A stretch of DNA of 64,000 nt, from the NCBI GenBank assembly GCA_964187785.1, contig OZ076416.1:56048001-56112000 (forward strand). The letters are read 5' to 3'. Of the stretch, positions 11,539 to 24,137 are shown one piece after another; within the stretch, counting starts at the first letter, position 1, and each line of letters opens with the position of its first letter. Origin of the DNA: Amphiscolops sp. MND2022 (taxonomy: Eukaryota). The notes under the pieces were generated by a model that was not told where the DNA came from, ran no database searches, and was given only the letters and a program-made list of their open reading frames with translations. The position numbers and the translations under genes were made by a program.

Positions 11539-14500
11539 ACAACTGAAGAATCTGATATAAGCATGGCTTCAGCGAAAGTTCTGGGTGATAACGATGGTTA
11601 GTGTTTTGTATCTGTGGGATGCTTTCCTTAATGGCAAATAATTTTTGGTCATTGCAAAATTGGCATTTATTCACGACAAACAAGCAAAACGCAATCTTTT
11701 GTAAACGCAATGCCGAAAACTTCTGAGAACTCAACCATTTTTGCAGGCCACGAAAAATGAAAGTTAATGATGAATGATTCACCAAACTCTTGCTCAGATT
11801 TCCTAAATTCACACTCGGTTCTATGCAAGTTCAAGCACCTCTTGTTATTTTTAGCCCCAACAAATTTATTTAAGAATGGGGGAGGAAAATCATAAGCAGT
11901 GTTGCGTTTTTTTCCGAATTCTGCGAAATCACGATCTCCATGCACTTGGCTATTTTAGTTACTTGTTTCTCCAATTAGTTAGTTAATTCTAGTCAAGTTG
12001 AACCCGTGGGTTCGAACCCGTGCTGATAAGCTACATTTTTAGCGGAAAAAATCCGGGTGCTTAGCGGGCGTCTTGTTATTTTCCGCCCACATATAATGGT
12101 GGAGGAAAATCATGATTTGTGTTGCGTTTTTTTTTTACAAATTTCACCAAATCTCCACGATCTCCATCATCTACTTGACTATTTTTAGTCGGCGCTTTTC
12201 TTGTGGAAATAGCCCGACTTCTAAAGTGACTAGTTTTTTTTTCTTTTTTTTTTCGTCAGACCACAGACCTCATCGTGTATGTACCACTTTTTACAGACTT
12301 CACTCGTTCACGTGTACTCGTCAGTACAGTCTTTACTCGGTTTACGGTGAACTCAGCGGTCACGGATTCGAGTCCTTGCTTTAGCCAGAAATTTTTTCGG
12401 GCAATTTTTTGGCACTGTGCGACTCTTTCAATTTTTTTCGGTACTGTGCGACTTTTTTTCGATTTTTTTTGGTTCAAAGGGTCCTATCTCCAAGTTTTTT
12501 TTTGATATTTTGCAGCAAACTAAAGTGCCAACAAGCCCAAAGTGTCCTCCTCTTTCATGTATTTCGGCACTTTGAGACTTTTCGAAATTCTCATTTTTTG
12601 GTTTTTTTTCGAAAATTAAAAAAAAGATTCGATTTTTTTTTGTCTCCAAAGAGTCCTCACTTCAATTTATTTAATATTCTGCAACAAACTGGATTTTCAA
12701 AAAGCACGAAAGGTCCTTTTTACCTTTTTTAGGTTTAAAAACTTTGCGCTTTTTGAGCCTTAGATATAGTACCGACTTTAGACGTTCCCGTCTTGTTATA
12801 GTTACTAGTAACTAAAATAGTCAAGTAGTTTTAGTTACCAGTTTATCATCTCTATCTTTCAGTTACTTGACCAGTTTAGTTACTTGACTAATTCAGTTAC
12901 AATCAATCAGTAGGTTGTGGGTTAGCATCTCGCCTCCGCCTGATATTTTTTGACGGGCGGAAAATATTTCGTGTTTAGCGGGCGTCTTGTTTCAGGTTCA
13001 ACTGTTAATCTCAATATAACGCAGTTTCACAAATTTGGAGACGTTTCGTCTTCAAAACAAGTTTTCAGTACTCCAACATGATCCTCAAAATGTATCTCGA
13101 CGTACCAATCCGAATAACAGAAGATGTGGTTAGTGAAATAATTTCCCTTGAACTTCTACCCAAAGTTTTGCTTTCTTTTGTTGGCGACCTGCCATTTGCA
13201 GGAAGGTTGTTCTGTTTGATTAATTACAAACTGCAACACATGTATTGAGATAGGCTATTGGAATTGTATTTAACAAGCCGGGAACGGCATAAGTCGGCGC
13301 AATGTCTAAGGCTCAAAAATAGCAAAAGGACATGAAAGTGTCAAAAAACTCAAAGTATTAAACTCACGAAAAACCCAAACGACGGAACTGGCGCCCTACA
13401 TCTATTGTTGCAAAACATCAAAAAATTGAACAGTGAAAAAAAATTGGTGGAAAAACGATTTCCGAAAAGTCTCACAATGCCGAAAAAACTGAAAGGGGGG
13501 ACCCTTTAGGATTTTTCAGCATCCATTCTGTCGCAAAACATCAAACAATTGAAGGGGGTAACTTTTGGAGAAATTTTTTTCGAAAAAAGTCTCACAATGC
13601 CGAAAAAACTGAAAGGGGGACTCTTTAGTCTCTCCCGTTATGTTATGGTACGCGGAAAAAGAGGAAAAACTTTTTTGGTTCAGTTCACTAAGCCAAATGA
13701 TTCAATTTGGGACCATAAAGTTTTGTAGAACTTTTGTAGAATTATTTGGTCAGTTCGTGTGGATTGAAAAAAAAGAGTCACTAGAATAGTCGCATTTCAC
13801 TTCATGAAGCGCCGACTAAAAAATTGACTCATTCCCAGAAGATATAATATTCAATCAACTTATACCGGCATCTTCGAGAGATTTGGGGGCAATTGATTGG
13901 CTGAAAACTTTTCAAAAATATTGTTTCAACTTTGTGAAAATCGGGAAAAAACGCAAATTTGATAAAATGTCGTCAAAATTTACAATTTCCAACTTATGTA
14001 ATTTTTGTCGCAGAAAATTCAAACAATTATTCTTGTTAACTAAACAAAATTCTAAGAAACTTTCCTAGCTGACAAGTTTTTGCCTTTGTGACAGTTTGCG
14101 ATTTATTTAGTTTGAATTTCGTCATTTGAGTAATGGAGTTGCGAATTTTTAGAACGCTACTGTACGTCATGTTTTAAATCTTATTATGAACTGGTTTGTT
14201 GTCTTTTCAGTACGAAGCACTGACAGCTAACAATTTTCCAAAGGCTCTTGAACCAACTGAGTGCCAGAATGTTTATCAGGTAAATAAAGCAGTTGATATA
14301 TTATAAAATTTTGGAGTTGAAATCTGATCATTTTGAAACTGGAACAAAAACTTATAATTTATGTGAGAGAAGTTGATACCAAATCTTCTGCAAAGTGAAA
14401 AGAGTGTTAGTAATTTCTGTGCAGTAGTTTGAAACTATTGAATCATGACCTTTTGCAAAGTTAATCTAAACGCTGGAATTTGACAACGATCAAAGCAATT

Positions 14501-14709
14501 CATCAGCACGGTTCATTTGGTGCTCCTAGAATTTATAAAAGTTTGAAAACTTATTTTTTAGAAGTTTCTATTACATCAGCATTATAAAAGCATATAATTC
14601 CGGAAATGGTTATAACTGTTTCAAGAAATTCACATTTTCAGATGCTACACAGTGGGTCTTTCTCCCAAACACAGAATGCTATGCTGTTCGCAATGACGTC
14701 ACTTGTTTG
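11539..14709 (+). CDS. Probable further exons of the same host gene (11539-11596, 13025-13128, 14211-14279, 14642-14709)
   Basis: AG/GT-bounded open segments. The first three join in phase (TTEESDISMASAKVLGDND-V-SQIWRRFVFKTSFQYSNMILKMYLDVPIRITEDV-YEALTANNFPKALEPTECQNVYQ). I could not resolve the link to exon 4 or the phase of the last exon. Confidence 0.5.
12182..12797 (-). mobile_element. Non-autonomous Helentron/HINE-like interspersed repeat
   Basis: 5' end AACAAGACGGGAACG...AAGTCGG. 3' end has a hairpin AGTCGG...CCGACT followed by AAAAA. Same architecture as the other copies in the window. Confidence 0.65.
13272..13822 (+). mobile_element. Non-autonomous Helentron/HINE-like interspersed repeat
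   Basis: Subterminal inverted repeat AGTCGGCGC (13292-13300) / GCGCCGACT (13809-13817), a 3' hairpin, and an internal ~120-bp tandem repeat (AAAGTCTCACAATGCCGAAAAAACTGAAAGGGGG twice). Confidence 0.7.
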
Positions 14710-15004
14710 GTACGTCAACTGGGCACTGAATGTTTCTCAACAAGAGGAATATGAAAACTCCAGTGCATGAATAATGAACGTTCATGTTAAAAACTATCAT
14801 GAAAAACATTAAATTTTTTTCCGGGAATCCCAAAATTGAATAATTCATTGATTCAATCTTGTTTTTTTCCTAATGCAATTCTACTATCAGGTCAGGTTGA
14901 TCATACTCTGATCATACACTCAACTCCGTTTATAACGATTACGTTTATAACGATATTCTGGTTATAGCGATATAGTTCCACGGCCCCGACTACGATGCTA
15001 GTAT

Positions 15005-15200
15005 TGTTGTATCTCTGTTCTAGCTAGTTAAAGAATGTAAGAGATCTAAGAATTAATTTGTTTTCACTGAAGTCTTTTGTATCATTGAGTATAGACATAC
15101 ATCTGCGCTTAAGTGGCAGGACTGGTATTTAACATAAATAACATAAAGAAAGCAGACTAATTCGTTTCTAAAGTTTGTGAGAGTTCGTCTGTCCTCTACA
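15005..15200 (-). repeat. 3' LTR of the Gypsy element
   Basis: Direct repeat of 23792-23987. Preceded on the minus strand by the PPT AGTAGAAGAAGGGGGAA (15201-15217). Confidence 0.95.
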
Positions 15201-18200
15201 TTCCCCCTTCTTCTACTATTGGCTGATATCTCTGCCAATGGGGATTCCTGCTTTCTGATGTGGCGGTTGTTGTTCCTCCACTGGTCCAGTTTGTGGTGGA
15301 CGGTTGACCGTTCCTGGCTGTTTTGTTTGTCACGGTTGTTGTTTGGCCGTAACGTCAAGATTTTGTTTTGTGACCAGTTTACTGGTTGTTGCTCCCCTCC
15401 TTCGGTTTGGCTTTTTGTTGATCCGGTGTGGCTTCCGAATTCAGTCTGTTTACGGTGTTTCCTGTAATCATGACAAATTGGGTTATTATACCTAATAATA
15501 GGATTAGTTTTTGTCAGTTTTTTTGATCTGCGTACAGGTTCTTTTTCTTCGGTTTCAATTTCGGTGCTTGAGCTCAGATTACTTGCTAGTTCTAATTCAG
15601 AGTTTTCCAGGTTCTCTGCTAACAATTATGTGCTTTTATCAGTAAGTACCTTACCGTTTTCGTCTCGGATGAAAATTTCTTGCTCTGCGCTATTAGCGTC
15701 TTCTATGGCACGGTCTATTTCCGTGTCCGTCATGTTTGACGTTGTGATTGTCAGCGGGCCTAAGTTGTTTCCCGGCATGGGTGTGTTGGCTGTATTTGGG
15801 CTGGCACGGTCTCTGATTAATTTTGGGCGTCCTCGTCTGAGTGTGCTCTTCTTGATGGTTGTATCTATGGAGAGCTCTGGCGTCTTTGGGCTGTCTATTT
15901 CCATTGGTGGTGTTTCCGATTCGGTGTCCGAGTCGATTATCATTGCCCGCTGATGTTTGGATGGTGATTTGACAAATCGGCCGTCCGGTCCGCGTGGTCC
16001 AATTCCTCTGTTGGTGTTTTCCTGGTTAAAATCAATAGGTTTACTTATCATTTTTCGATGTATTACCCTTCCGTTTGGAGAGGTTACTGTATGATTTGTG
16101 CCCGATATTGCTAGTTGTGGTTTATCGGAATATGCACTTTCTAGGTTTTGTTGGTGTTTTTTCTCTAGAAAAAAGAAAGGACAACTTACCCCTTTTGAGT
16201 TTTTCTTCGGCTTCATGGGTAGCTGGTCAGACACACCGCCAGCTCCACTGAAAGAGTATACCTGTAAGGTATCTGGTTTAGCTGAAACGGAACGTTTTGT
16301 TAGCTTTTCGATTTCATCCAGGTTTAGTAAGTTACTTATTTCCGTGTTCGGTTTTCTACCGTAGGGTAGTTCGAAAGCGGATTTTTTCAGTCGGGTGTGA
16401 GGCGTTTTTCTCATTACGTCTAGGGATATATCTAGGGCTCTTCCGAAACGTTCTCCGGCTTTAATGTTTGTTAGTAGGTTTTCTTTCAGAGTTCTTACTC
16501 CACGCTCTACCAGGCCGGTAAGTGTGTGTATATACGGTGTGTCGTATATTAATTTTATGTAGTGTTTCTTGCAGAAGTCTCTGAAGAGTCGTCCCGTAAA
16601 CGCGGTGGCCTTATCGCTTCTAATTATTTTCGGTATGCCGTTTAGCCGAATGTATTGGTTGAGAAATTTTACTGCCGTTTCACCGTCCGTTGAGGTGCAA
16701 AATTTGGCCGCTGGCCATTTACTGTACCGGTCCATGCACAATAGGATATAAAATCGACGGTTGCTTTCCGTCATTGGACCGATGAAATCCAATTGAATTT
16801 CTTAGTTTGGATTATCCAATGGTGGAAGACTATTCATTTCCGTGCTAGGTATGTTAGGTTTTATGTTCCTATCGGACATTTTGCAGGGTAGACATGTTTC
16901 ACATTTCTTTTGAATTGCCTCGGTCATCCGTGGCCACCAGAAATGTCGTGCTGCAAGGGACATTTTGTTGATGGCTGGGTGGCCTTTGTGCAGGAGGCTG
17001 ATGATGGTCGCTCTTAGGTTTTTGGGGACAATAATTTTGTCTTCGATGAAAACCAGACCGAATTGGCTTGATCGCTTTCTTTTGTGCATTTGGTATTCTT
17101 CGGGAATCAACTCATGCTGCTGTCGTTCCAAGCTAACAAGTGTCTTCAGTAATGTGGGATCATTGGTGGTCTCGGTCATCAATAATTGTAAATTCGTTGA
17201 GAAATTCTTTTTGGTCTCTCGCACGGCTTGTTCAAGGTCCCAGGTGTTTTCGTCCAGTGCAGCTACTTTGGGGGCGTGCCCCATTTTCACGTATTGCACG
17301 CTTTTCACTCCTACATAGCGTGCCCAATTCCATGCTGGTACTTCTAAGATGGACGGGTCTTGGTCCGTCTTGGACTCAATTTCGCCTTCTTTCATGGGTA
17401 TTTGGGCGAATGAGTGTTCCGTGTTTGCTGTTGCCGATGATGGTCCGGGCTTGTCGTATTGGCTCTGGTCGTGTTGTTGTTGGACCGGTGTTGGTCGGTC
17501 CATCTCCCAAAATGGATCTACTGTCCACTGTTCCGACCGTCTGGTTTGTGGCTGGAAGCCGCCACTTTGTTGCGGGCCAATCCTTTGTCTCAGGTCTCCC
17601 TGATGTTGTTCTTTCATTATTTGTTGTAATCGCCCATCGATTACTTTTCTCTCATTTCTGAGGAATTTTGGTTCGTGGTATTTTTTCCACTTCCCCCCGG
17701 TTAAACGGTAAATGCCAGGCTTTACTATGTTCCTCCACCGCTGAATTAATTCAGTGGTTTCGAGTGATGAGTCTGCTGCTTCGAGTTTATCAATTTTTCG
17801 GGCGTCCATTGTTGTTTTTCAATTTGATGAGTTTTGTAAGTGATGAATTTCACGTGTGGACGGTAAATTGTTAAGGCAATCAATGGCGTTTTGTTCACGC
17901 GTTTCTCGTGACCGCGGTTCGTTATTTGTTTTGCGTTCGCTATCCGTCGTTCCGTTCTCTGATTGGTTAGTGTGGTTGCTAAGGCAACCATGTTTGGAGA
18001 TGAATTTGTAGTGCGGCAAGATGTTATTACTTACGTATTCTTCGTCGTATACGTCATCCGTTTGCGGCGGCGCTGACGGATTTCTGCTCAAGTAATCCGT
18101 GTGTGCTAGATGCTTGCCTGCGATATGATTCACGTTTATTGTGAAATGTGCTAATCGGTCAAGCCATCTTGTTAGCCGTGCGCTGTACGTTTTATTGGAT

Positions 18201-21200
18201 CGGTTCCGCTTTATCAGCGGTTCTAATGCTTGGTGGTCCGTGAGTAATTGAATCGGTTTGCCGTAAATATATAGTCGGAAGTGTTCTAGCCCCCAAACTA
18301 CTGCTAATAATTCGAGTTCGTTAATTGCGTATTTCTTTTCAGTGTCGGATAGAAATCGGCTTGCGAAACCGATCGGTTTTAATTTTCCGTCCGGTTGTTC
18401 TTGCCATAGCGTCGCACCGAGGCCTCTTGTACTGGCGTCGGTTGTTATCACGTTTTGGTAGTCAGAATTGTAATGAGCCGGACACGGTATTTCTGTGATC
18501 TTTTGTTTTAGATTTTCGAAGGCCCGTGTATGTTCTTCCGTCCATAACCATTCGGTGTCTTTCTTTAAAAGTTGTCTCAAACTGTCCGTCTGTGCTGATA
18601 AATTGTCTATGTATTTGGACAGGTATTGGATGGCTCCCAAGAATGATTTGAGTTCTTTCTCGTTGTTTGGCTGTTTCAAATTTTTTATTGCCATTGGTTT
18701 GTCCTGTAACGGTCTGATACCGTTTTGGTCAATTTTGTGGCCAATCCATTCGATTTCCGTTTTAAAGAATTCGGATTTGCTTTCGCTCAGTCTGTATCCG
18801 GCGTTTTCTAGCCTGGTTAATACATCCACCAGTTCTTTTTTGTGTTGTTCTTTGGAGCCTTTTGTTACCACGATTATGTCGTCCAACCATGCTGGGTGTT
18901 TGTTTTCCAATGTTTGGTCAATTTTTTCTTGAAAAATTGTTGGTATGTCCGCTAATTCGTAAAACCCTTTCAGGAAACGGTAGTAACCGGTAAAGTTTCC
19001 ACCGGTTACGGCAAATATGCACAGGTTTCGGGCTTCTCTGGATAATAGTAGTTGACCGTATGCGTAATTCCGTGTCCGTCATGTTTGACGTTGTGATTGT
19101 CAGCGGGCCTATGTTGTTTCCCGGCATGGGTGTGTTGGCTGTATTTGGGCTGGCACGGTCTCTGATTAATTTCGGGCGTCCTCGTCCGAGTGTGCTCTTC
19201 TTGATGGTTGTATCTATGGAGAGCTCTGGCGTCTTTGGGCTGTCTATTTCCATTGGTGGTGTTTCCGATTCGGTGTCCGAGTCGATTATCATTGCCCGCT
19301 GATGTTTGGATGGTGATTTGACAAATCGGCCGTCCGGTCCGCGTGGTCCAATTCCTCTGTTGGTGTTTTCCTGGTTAAAATCAATAGGTTTACTTATCAT
19401 TTTTCGATGTATTACCCTTCCGTTTGGAGAGGTTACTGTATGATTTGTGCCCGATATTGCTAGTTGTGGTTTATCGGAATATGCACTTTCTAGGTTTTGT
19501 TGGTGTTTTTTCTCTAGAAAAAAGAAAGGACAACTTACCCCTTTTGAGTTTTTCTTCGGCTTCATGGGTAGCTGGTCAGACACACCGCCAGCTCCACTGA
19601 AAGAGTATACCTGTAAGGTATCTGGTTTAGCTGAAACGGAACGTTTTGTTAGCTTTTCGATTTCATCCAGGTTTAGTAAGTTACTTATTTCCGTGTTCGG
19701 TTTTCTACCGTAGGGTAGTTCGAAAGCAGATTTTTCAGTCGGGTGTGAGGCGTTTTTCTCATTACGTCTAGGGATATATCTAGGGCTCTTCCGAAACGTT
19801 CTCCGGCTTTAATGTTTGTTAGTAGGTTTTCTTTCAGAGTTCTTACTCCACGCTCTACCAGGCCGGTAAGTGTGTGTATATACGGTGTGTCGTATATTAA
19901 TTTTATGTAGTGTTTCTTGCAGAAGTCTCTGAAGAGTCGTCCCGTAAACGCGGTGGCCTTATCGCTTCTAATTATTTTCGGTATGCCGTTTAGCCGAATG
20001 TATTGGTCGAGAAATTCTACTGCCGTTTCACCGTCCGTTGAGGTGCAAAAACTGGCCGCTGGCCATTTACTGTACCGGTCCATGCACAATAGGATATAAA
20101 ATCGACTGTTGTTTTCCGTCATTGGACCGATGAAATCCAATTGAATTTCTTCGTTTGGATTATCCAATGGTGGAAGACTATTTATTTCCGTGCTAGGTAT
20201 GTTAGGTTTTATGTTCTTATCGAACATTTTGCAGGGTAGACATGTTTCACATTTCTTTTGAATTGCCTCGGTCATCCGTGGCCACCAGAAATGTCGCGCT
20301 GCAAGGGAAATTTTGTTGATGGCTGGGTGGCGTTTGTGCAGGAGGCTGATGATGGTCGCTCTTAGGTTTTTGGGGACAATAATTTTGTCTTCGATGTAAA
20401 CCAGACCGAATTGGCTCGATCGCTTTCTTTTGTGCATTTGGTATTCTTCGGGAATCAACTCATGCTGCTGTCGTTCCAAGCTAACAAGTGTCTTCAGTAA
20501 TGTGGGATCATTGGTGGTCTCGGTCATCAATAATTGTAAATCCGTTGAGAAATTCTTTTTGGTCTCTCGCACGGCTTGTTCAAGGTCCCAGGTGTTTTCG
20601 TCCAGTGCAGCTACTTTGGGGGCGTGCCCCATTTTCACGTATTGCACGCTTTTCACTCCTACATAGCGTGCCCAATTCCATGCTGGTACTTCTAAGATGG
20701 ACGGGTCTTGGTCCGTCTCGGACTCAATTTTGCCTTCTTCCATGGGTATTTGGGCGAATGAGTGTTCCGTGTTTGCTGTTGCCGATGATGGTCCGGGCTT
20801 GTCGTATTGGCTCTGGTCGTGTTGTTGTTGTTGGACCGGTGTTGGTCGGTCCATCTCCCAAAATGGATCTACTGTCCACTGTTCCGACCGTCTGGTTTGT
20901 GGCTGGAAGCCGCCACTTTGTTGCGGGCCAATTCTTTGTCTCAGGTCTCCCTGATGTTGTTCTTTCATTATTTGTTGTAATCGCCCCTCGATTACTTTTC
21001 TCTCATTTCTGAGGAATTTTGGTTCGTGGTATTTTTTCCACTTCCCCCGGTTAATCGGTAAATGCCGGGGTTTACTATGTTCCTCCACCGTTGAATTAAT
21101 TCAGTGGTTTCGAGTGATGAGTCTGCTGCTTCGAGATTATCATTTTTTTGGGCGTCCATTGTTGTTTTTCAATTTGATGAGTTTTGTAAGTGATGAATTT

Positions 21201-22660
21201 CACGTGTGGACGGTAAATTGTTAAGGCAATCAATGGCGTTTTGTTCACGCGTTTCTCGTGACCGCGGTTCGTTATTTGTTTTGCGTTCGCTATCCGTCGT
21301 TCGGTTCTCTGATTGGTTAGTGTGGTTGCTAAGGCAACCATGTTTGGAGATGAATTTGTAGTGCGGCAAGATGTTATTAATTAGGTATTCTTCGTCGTAT
21401 ACGTCATCCGTTTGCGGCGGCGCTGACGGATTTCTGCTCAAGTAATCCGTGTGTGCTAGATGCTTGCCTGCGATATGATTCACGTTTATTGTGAAATGTG
21501 CTAATCGGTCAAGCCATCTTGTTAGCCGTGCGCTGTACGTTTTATTGGATCGGTTCCGCTTTATCAGCGGTTCTAATGCTTGGTTGTCCGTGAGTAATTG
21601 AATCGGTTTGCCGTAAATATATAGTCGGAAGTGTTCTAGCCCCCAAACTACTGCTAATAATTCGAGTTCGTTAATTGCGTATTTCTTTTCAGTGTCGGAT
21701 AGAAAGCGGCTTGCGAAACCGATCGGTTTTAATTTTCCGTCCGGTTGTTCTTGCCATAGCGTCGCACCGAGGCCTCTTGTACTGGCGTCGGTTGTTATCA
21801 CGTTTTGGTAGTCTGAATTGTAATGAGCCGGACACGTTATTTCTGTGATCTTTTGTTTTAGATTTTCGAAGGCCCGTGTATGTTCTTCCGTCCATAACCA
21901 TTCGGTGTCTTTCTTTAAAAGTTGTCTCAAACTGTCCGTCTGTGCTGATAAATTGTCTATGTATTTGGACAGGTATTGGATGGCTCCCAAGAATGATTTG
22001 AGTTCTTTCTCGTTGTTTGGCTGTTTCAAATTTTTTATTGCCATTGGTTTGTCCTGTAACGGTCTGATACCGTTTTGGTCAATTTTGTGGCCAATCATTT
22101 CGATTTCCGTTTTAAAGAATTCGGATTTGCTTTCGCTCAGTCTGTATCCGGCGTTTTCTAGCCTGGTTAATACATCCACCAGTTCTTTTTTGTGTTGTTC
22201 TTTGGAGCCTTTTGTTACCACGATTATGTCGTCCAACCATGCTGGGTGTTTGTTTTCCAATGTTTGGTCAATTTTTTCTTGAAAAATTGTTGGTATGTCC
22301 GCTAATTCGTAAAACCCTTTCAGGAAACGGTAGTAACCGGTAAAGTTTCCACCGGTTACGGCAAATATGCACAGGTTTCGGGCTTCTCTGGATAATAGTA
22401 GTTGACCGTATGCGTAATTCATATCGAATTTTGAGATCCATGTTTCGTTTGCCGGTCCGTCCGCAATTTTCCTGGAGGTTCTGGAAAATAATTCCTCCAT
22501 GTTAGGCATTTGTGCCTTTCTCTTGATGGTTATCTCATTTAGTTTCCTCGAATCTAGGGCGATTTTTACCGATTTATCTTTCTTTACGGTGATGACTGCC
22601 GGGCTAACAAAACAATTCTCGTCGATTTTTCAATGTGGCCTTGTTTCATTATTTTGTTTA
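15053..22660 (-). pseudogene. Gypsy pol (RT, RNase H, long spacer, integrase, C-terminal extension), duplicated and frameshifted
   Basis: AWLDDIIV (RT); TTDASTRGLGA, ELELLAVVW and TDHQAL (RNase H); HKGHP...CETCLPC (IN zinc finger); LDFIGP, RSDKATAF and GLVERG (IN core). Confidence 0.93.
15719..22420 (-). repeat. Tandem duplication (~3350-bp unit) of the RT-RH-spacer-IN region
   Basis: 15719-19070 matches 19068-22420 (offset 3349-3350). The junction has a TTC microhomology. ORF pairs are near-identical (17819-18910 vs 21169-22509; 16802-17809 vs 19685-21088). Confidence 0.95.
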
Positions 22661-23750
22661 TTTCCTTTTCAACCGATTGCTGTAAGTGAATCGGTATTGG
22701 TCTTCTTTTTGTTGGATTAGTCTCGCATCTTCTTTTAGCTGTATTTTTACTTTTAATTCTTCCACGGTGTGGTTTTCGTGAAAGAGTTTTTTGAACTTTC
22801 TTTTCAAGGAAATAATATCCGGGTCTTCTGTGACGTGGTTTATCTGGGGACCGGTTCTACCGGTGTCCAGTGTGATTCCCAGTTTTTTCATCCAGTCCAA
22901 TTCTAACAAGGGATTGGTTTTCTTCGTGGTTATAAAGATTTCCAGATTATTTCGTTGTCCGTTTATTTCTACTGTTGCGGTCGTTTTTCCTTCGAATTGG
23001 ATTTTGTTGTCATTCCCGTCTCTATATTCCGTTTTCAGCGGTTTCAACGGTGTAATCCTGTTGAAGAGTGATTTTGATATTAGTGTCACCGGTGATCCGC
23101 TGTCTATTATGAATTTGATTGGTCGGTTAGTGACCAATGCAGTGAGAGTGAAAAAGTCTGGACCGTCTTTATTCATTTGACGGGTTGAATGAATCTTCTG
23201 GTTGATGCAATGGATTGTGTTCGGTGACCAGTCGTCTTCCTCCGCACTACTGGTTTCTTGTTCCTGTATGCGGTTTATTTTCTTGTTTGTTCTGCAACAT
23301 TTCGCGTAATGGCTGATCTTTTCGCATTTTGCGCATTTCTTCCCTCTGGCCGGACATTCGTGCTGTCTCGACCAGTTTGGGGCTCCACATTTATTGCAGT
23401 CCATTTTCTTGAATTTGATCGGTTCATCTGTTTGTTCTTTGAAGCTTTTTGCTTTTCTTTTATTGAGGTATCTGATCTTCTTTTCTTCTTCTGTTTCGGG
23501 TGAGTCATTTAATTTCTCGTACATGTGTTCATGTAGTGCATCAGTGATTGCTTCCACTGACATGTCACTTTTTCCGATTTTTTTCTTGAGGTCGTAATCG
23601 CCTGTCGATTTTCCAATTACGGAGAGAAATTTTGATGCTAGTAATTCCGCTGCGGTTATTGTTTCGAATTCGCAGTTTTTTTTTGGTGCGTTTTCGTCAC
23701 CGTCCCGTTGGTACTTCCATTTATTGGAGAAGTATTTGTGCTTTCGTCCA
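22658..23750 (-). pseudogene. Gypsy gag (zinc knuckles) and aspartic protease
   Basis: CNKCGAPNWSRQHEC and CAKCEKISHYAKCC knuckles, and FIIDSGSPVTLI protease motif. The N-terminal part of gag looks short and disrupted. Confidence 0.88.
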
Positions 23751-23773
23751 TTAATCTTCAGTAACTTGTGAGG

Positions 23774-23791
23774 GTTACTCTAACTGCGCCA
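23774..23791 (-). promoter_or_regulatory. Primer-binding site of the Gypsy element
   Basis: TGGCGCAGTTAGAGTAAC directly abuts the LTR-terminal CA. The first 9 nt match tRNA-Ser-type PBSs. Confidence 0.75.
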
Positions 23792-23987
23792 TGTTGTATC
23801 TCTGTTCTAGCTAGTTAAAGAATGTAAAAGATCTAAGAAATACCTTGTTCTCACTGATGTCTTTTGTATCACTGAGTATAGACATACATCTGCGCTTAAG
23901 TGGCAGGCCTGGTATTTAACATAAATAACATAAAGAAAGCAGACTAATTAGTTTCTAAAGTTTGTGAGAGTTCGTCTGTCCTCTACA
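23792..23987 (-). repeat. 5' LTR of the Gypsy element
   Basis: Direct repeat of 15005-15200, adjacent to the PBS. Confidence 0.95.
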
Positions 23988-24137
23988 AGTATATAACGAT
24001 TTTCGCCAATAACGATATTCGGATATAACGATAAAAAAACGCCGGTCCCCGGGCAATCGGTATGACCGGAGTTGAGTGTATATGGTACCGTACAAATCAT
24101 ACAATTTTTTTCTATCGCCTAACCATGATCATTCTAG

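Larger units (their letters stand above)
15005..23987 (-). mobile_element. Ty3/Gypsy LTR retrotransposon with both LTRs and an internal tandem duplication
   Basis: 196-bp LTRs (15005-15200, 23792-23987; TG...CA; about 9 mismatches by hand count), 5-bp TSD AGTAT (15000-15004, 23988-23992), a PBS and a PPT, and domain order gag-PR-RT-RH-IN. Confidence 0.97.
14917..24078. mobile_element. Tc1/mariner-type MITE (~175 bp) split by the Gypsy insertion
   Basis: TIR CACTCAACTCCG (14917-14928) / CGGAGTTGAGTG (24067-24078), flanked by TA on both sides. TATAACGAT arrays lie on both sides of the Gypsy. Confidence 0.8.

Noticed and set aside
12040-13000. Short local duplications flanking the HINE-like copy
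   Set aside because: Degenerate intronic repeats with no definable termini.
15177-23597. Many plus-strand ORFs of 60-175 aa over the Gypsy element (and likewise over 336-5192 and 29262-44118)
   Set aside because: They are antisense shadows of minus-strand retroelement genes and have no recognisable domains.
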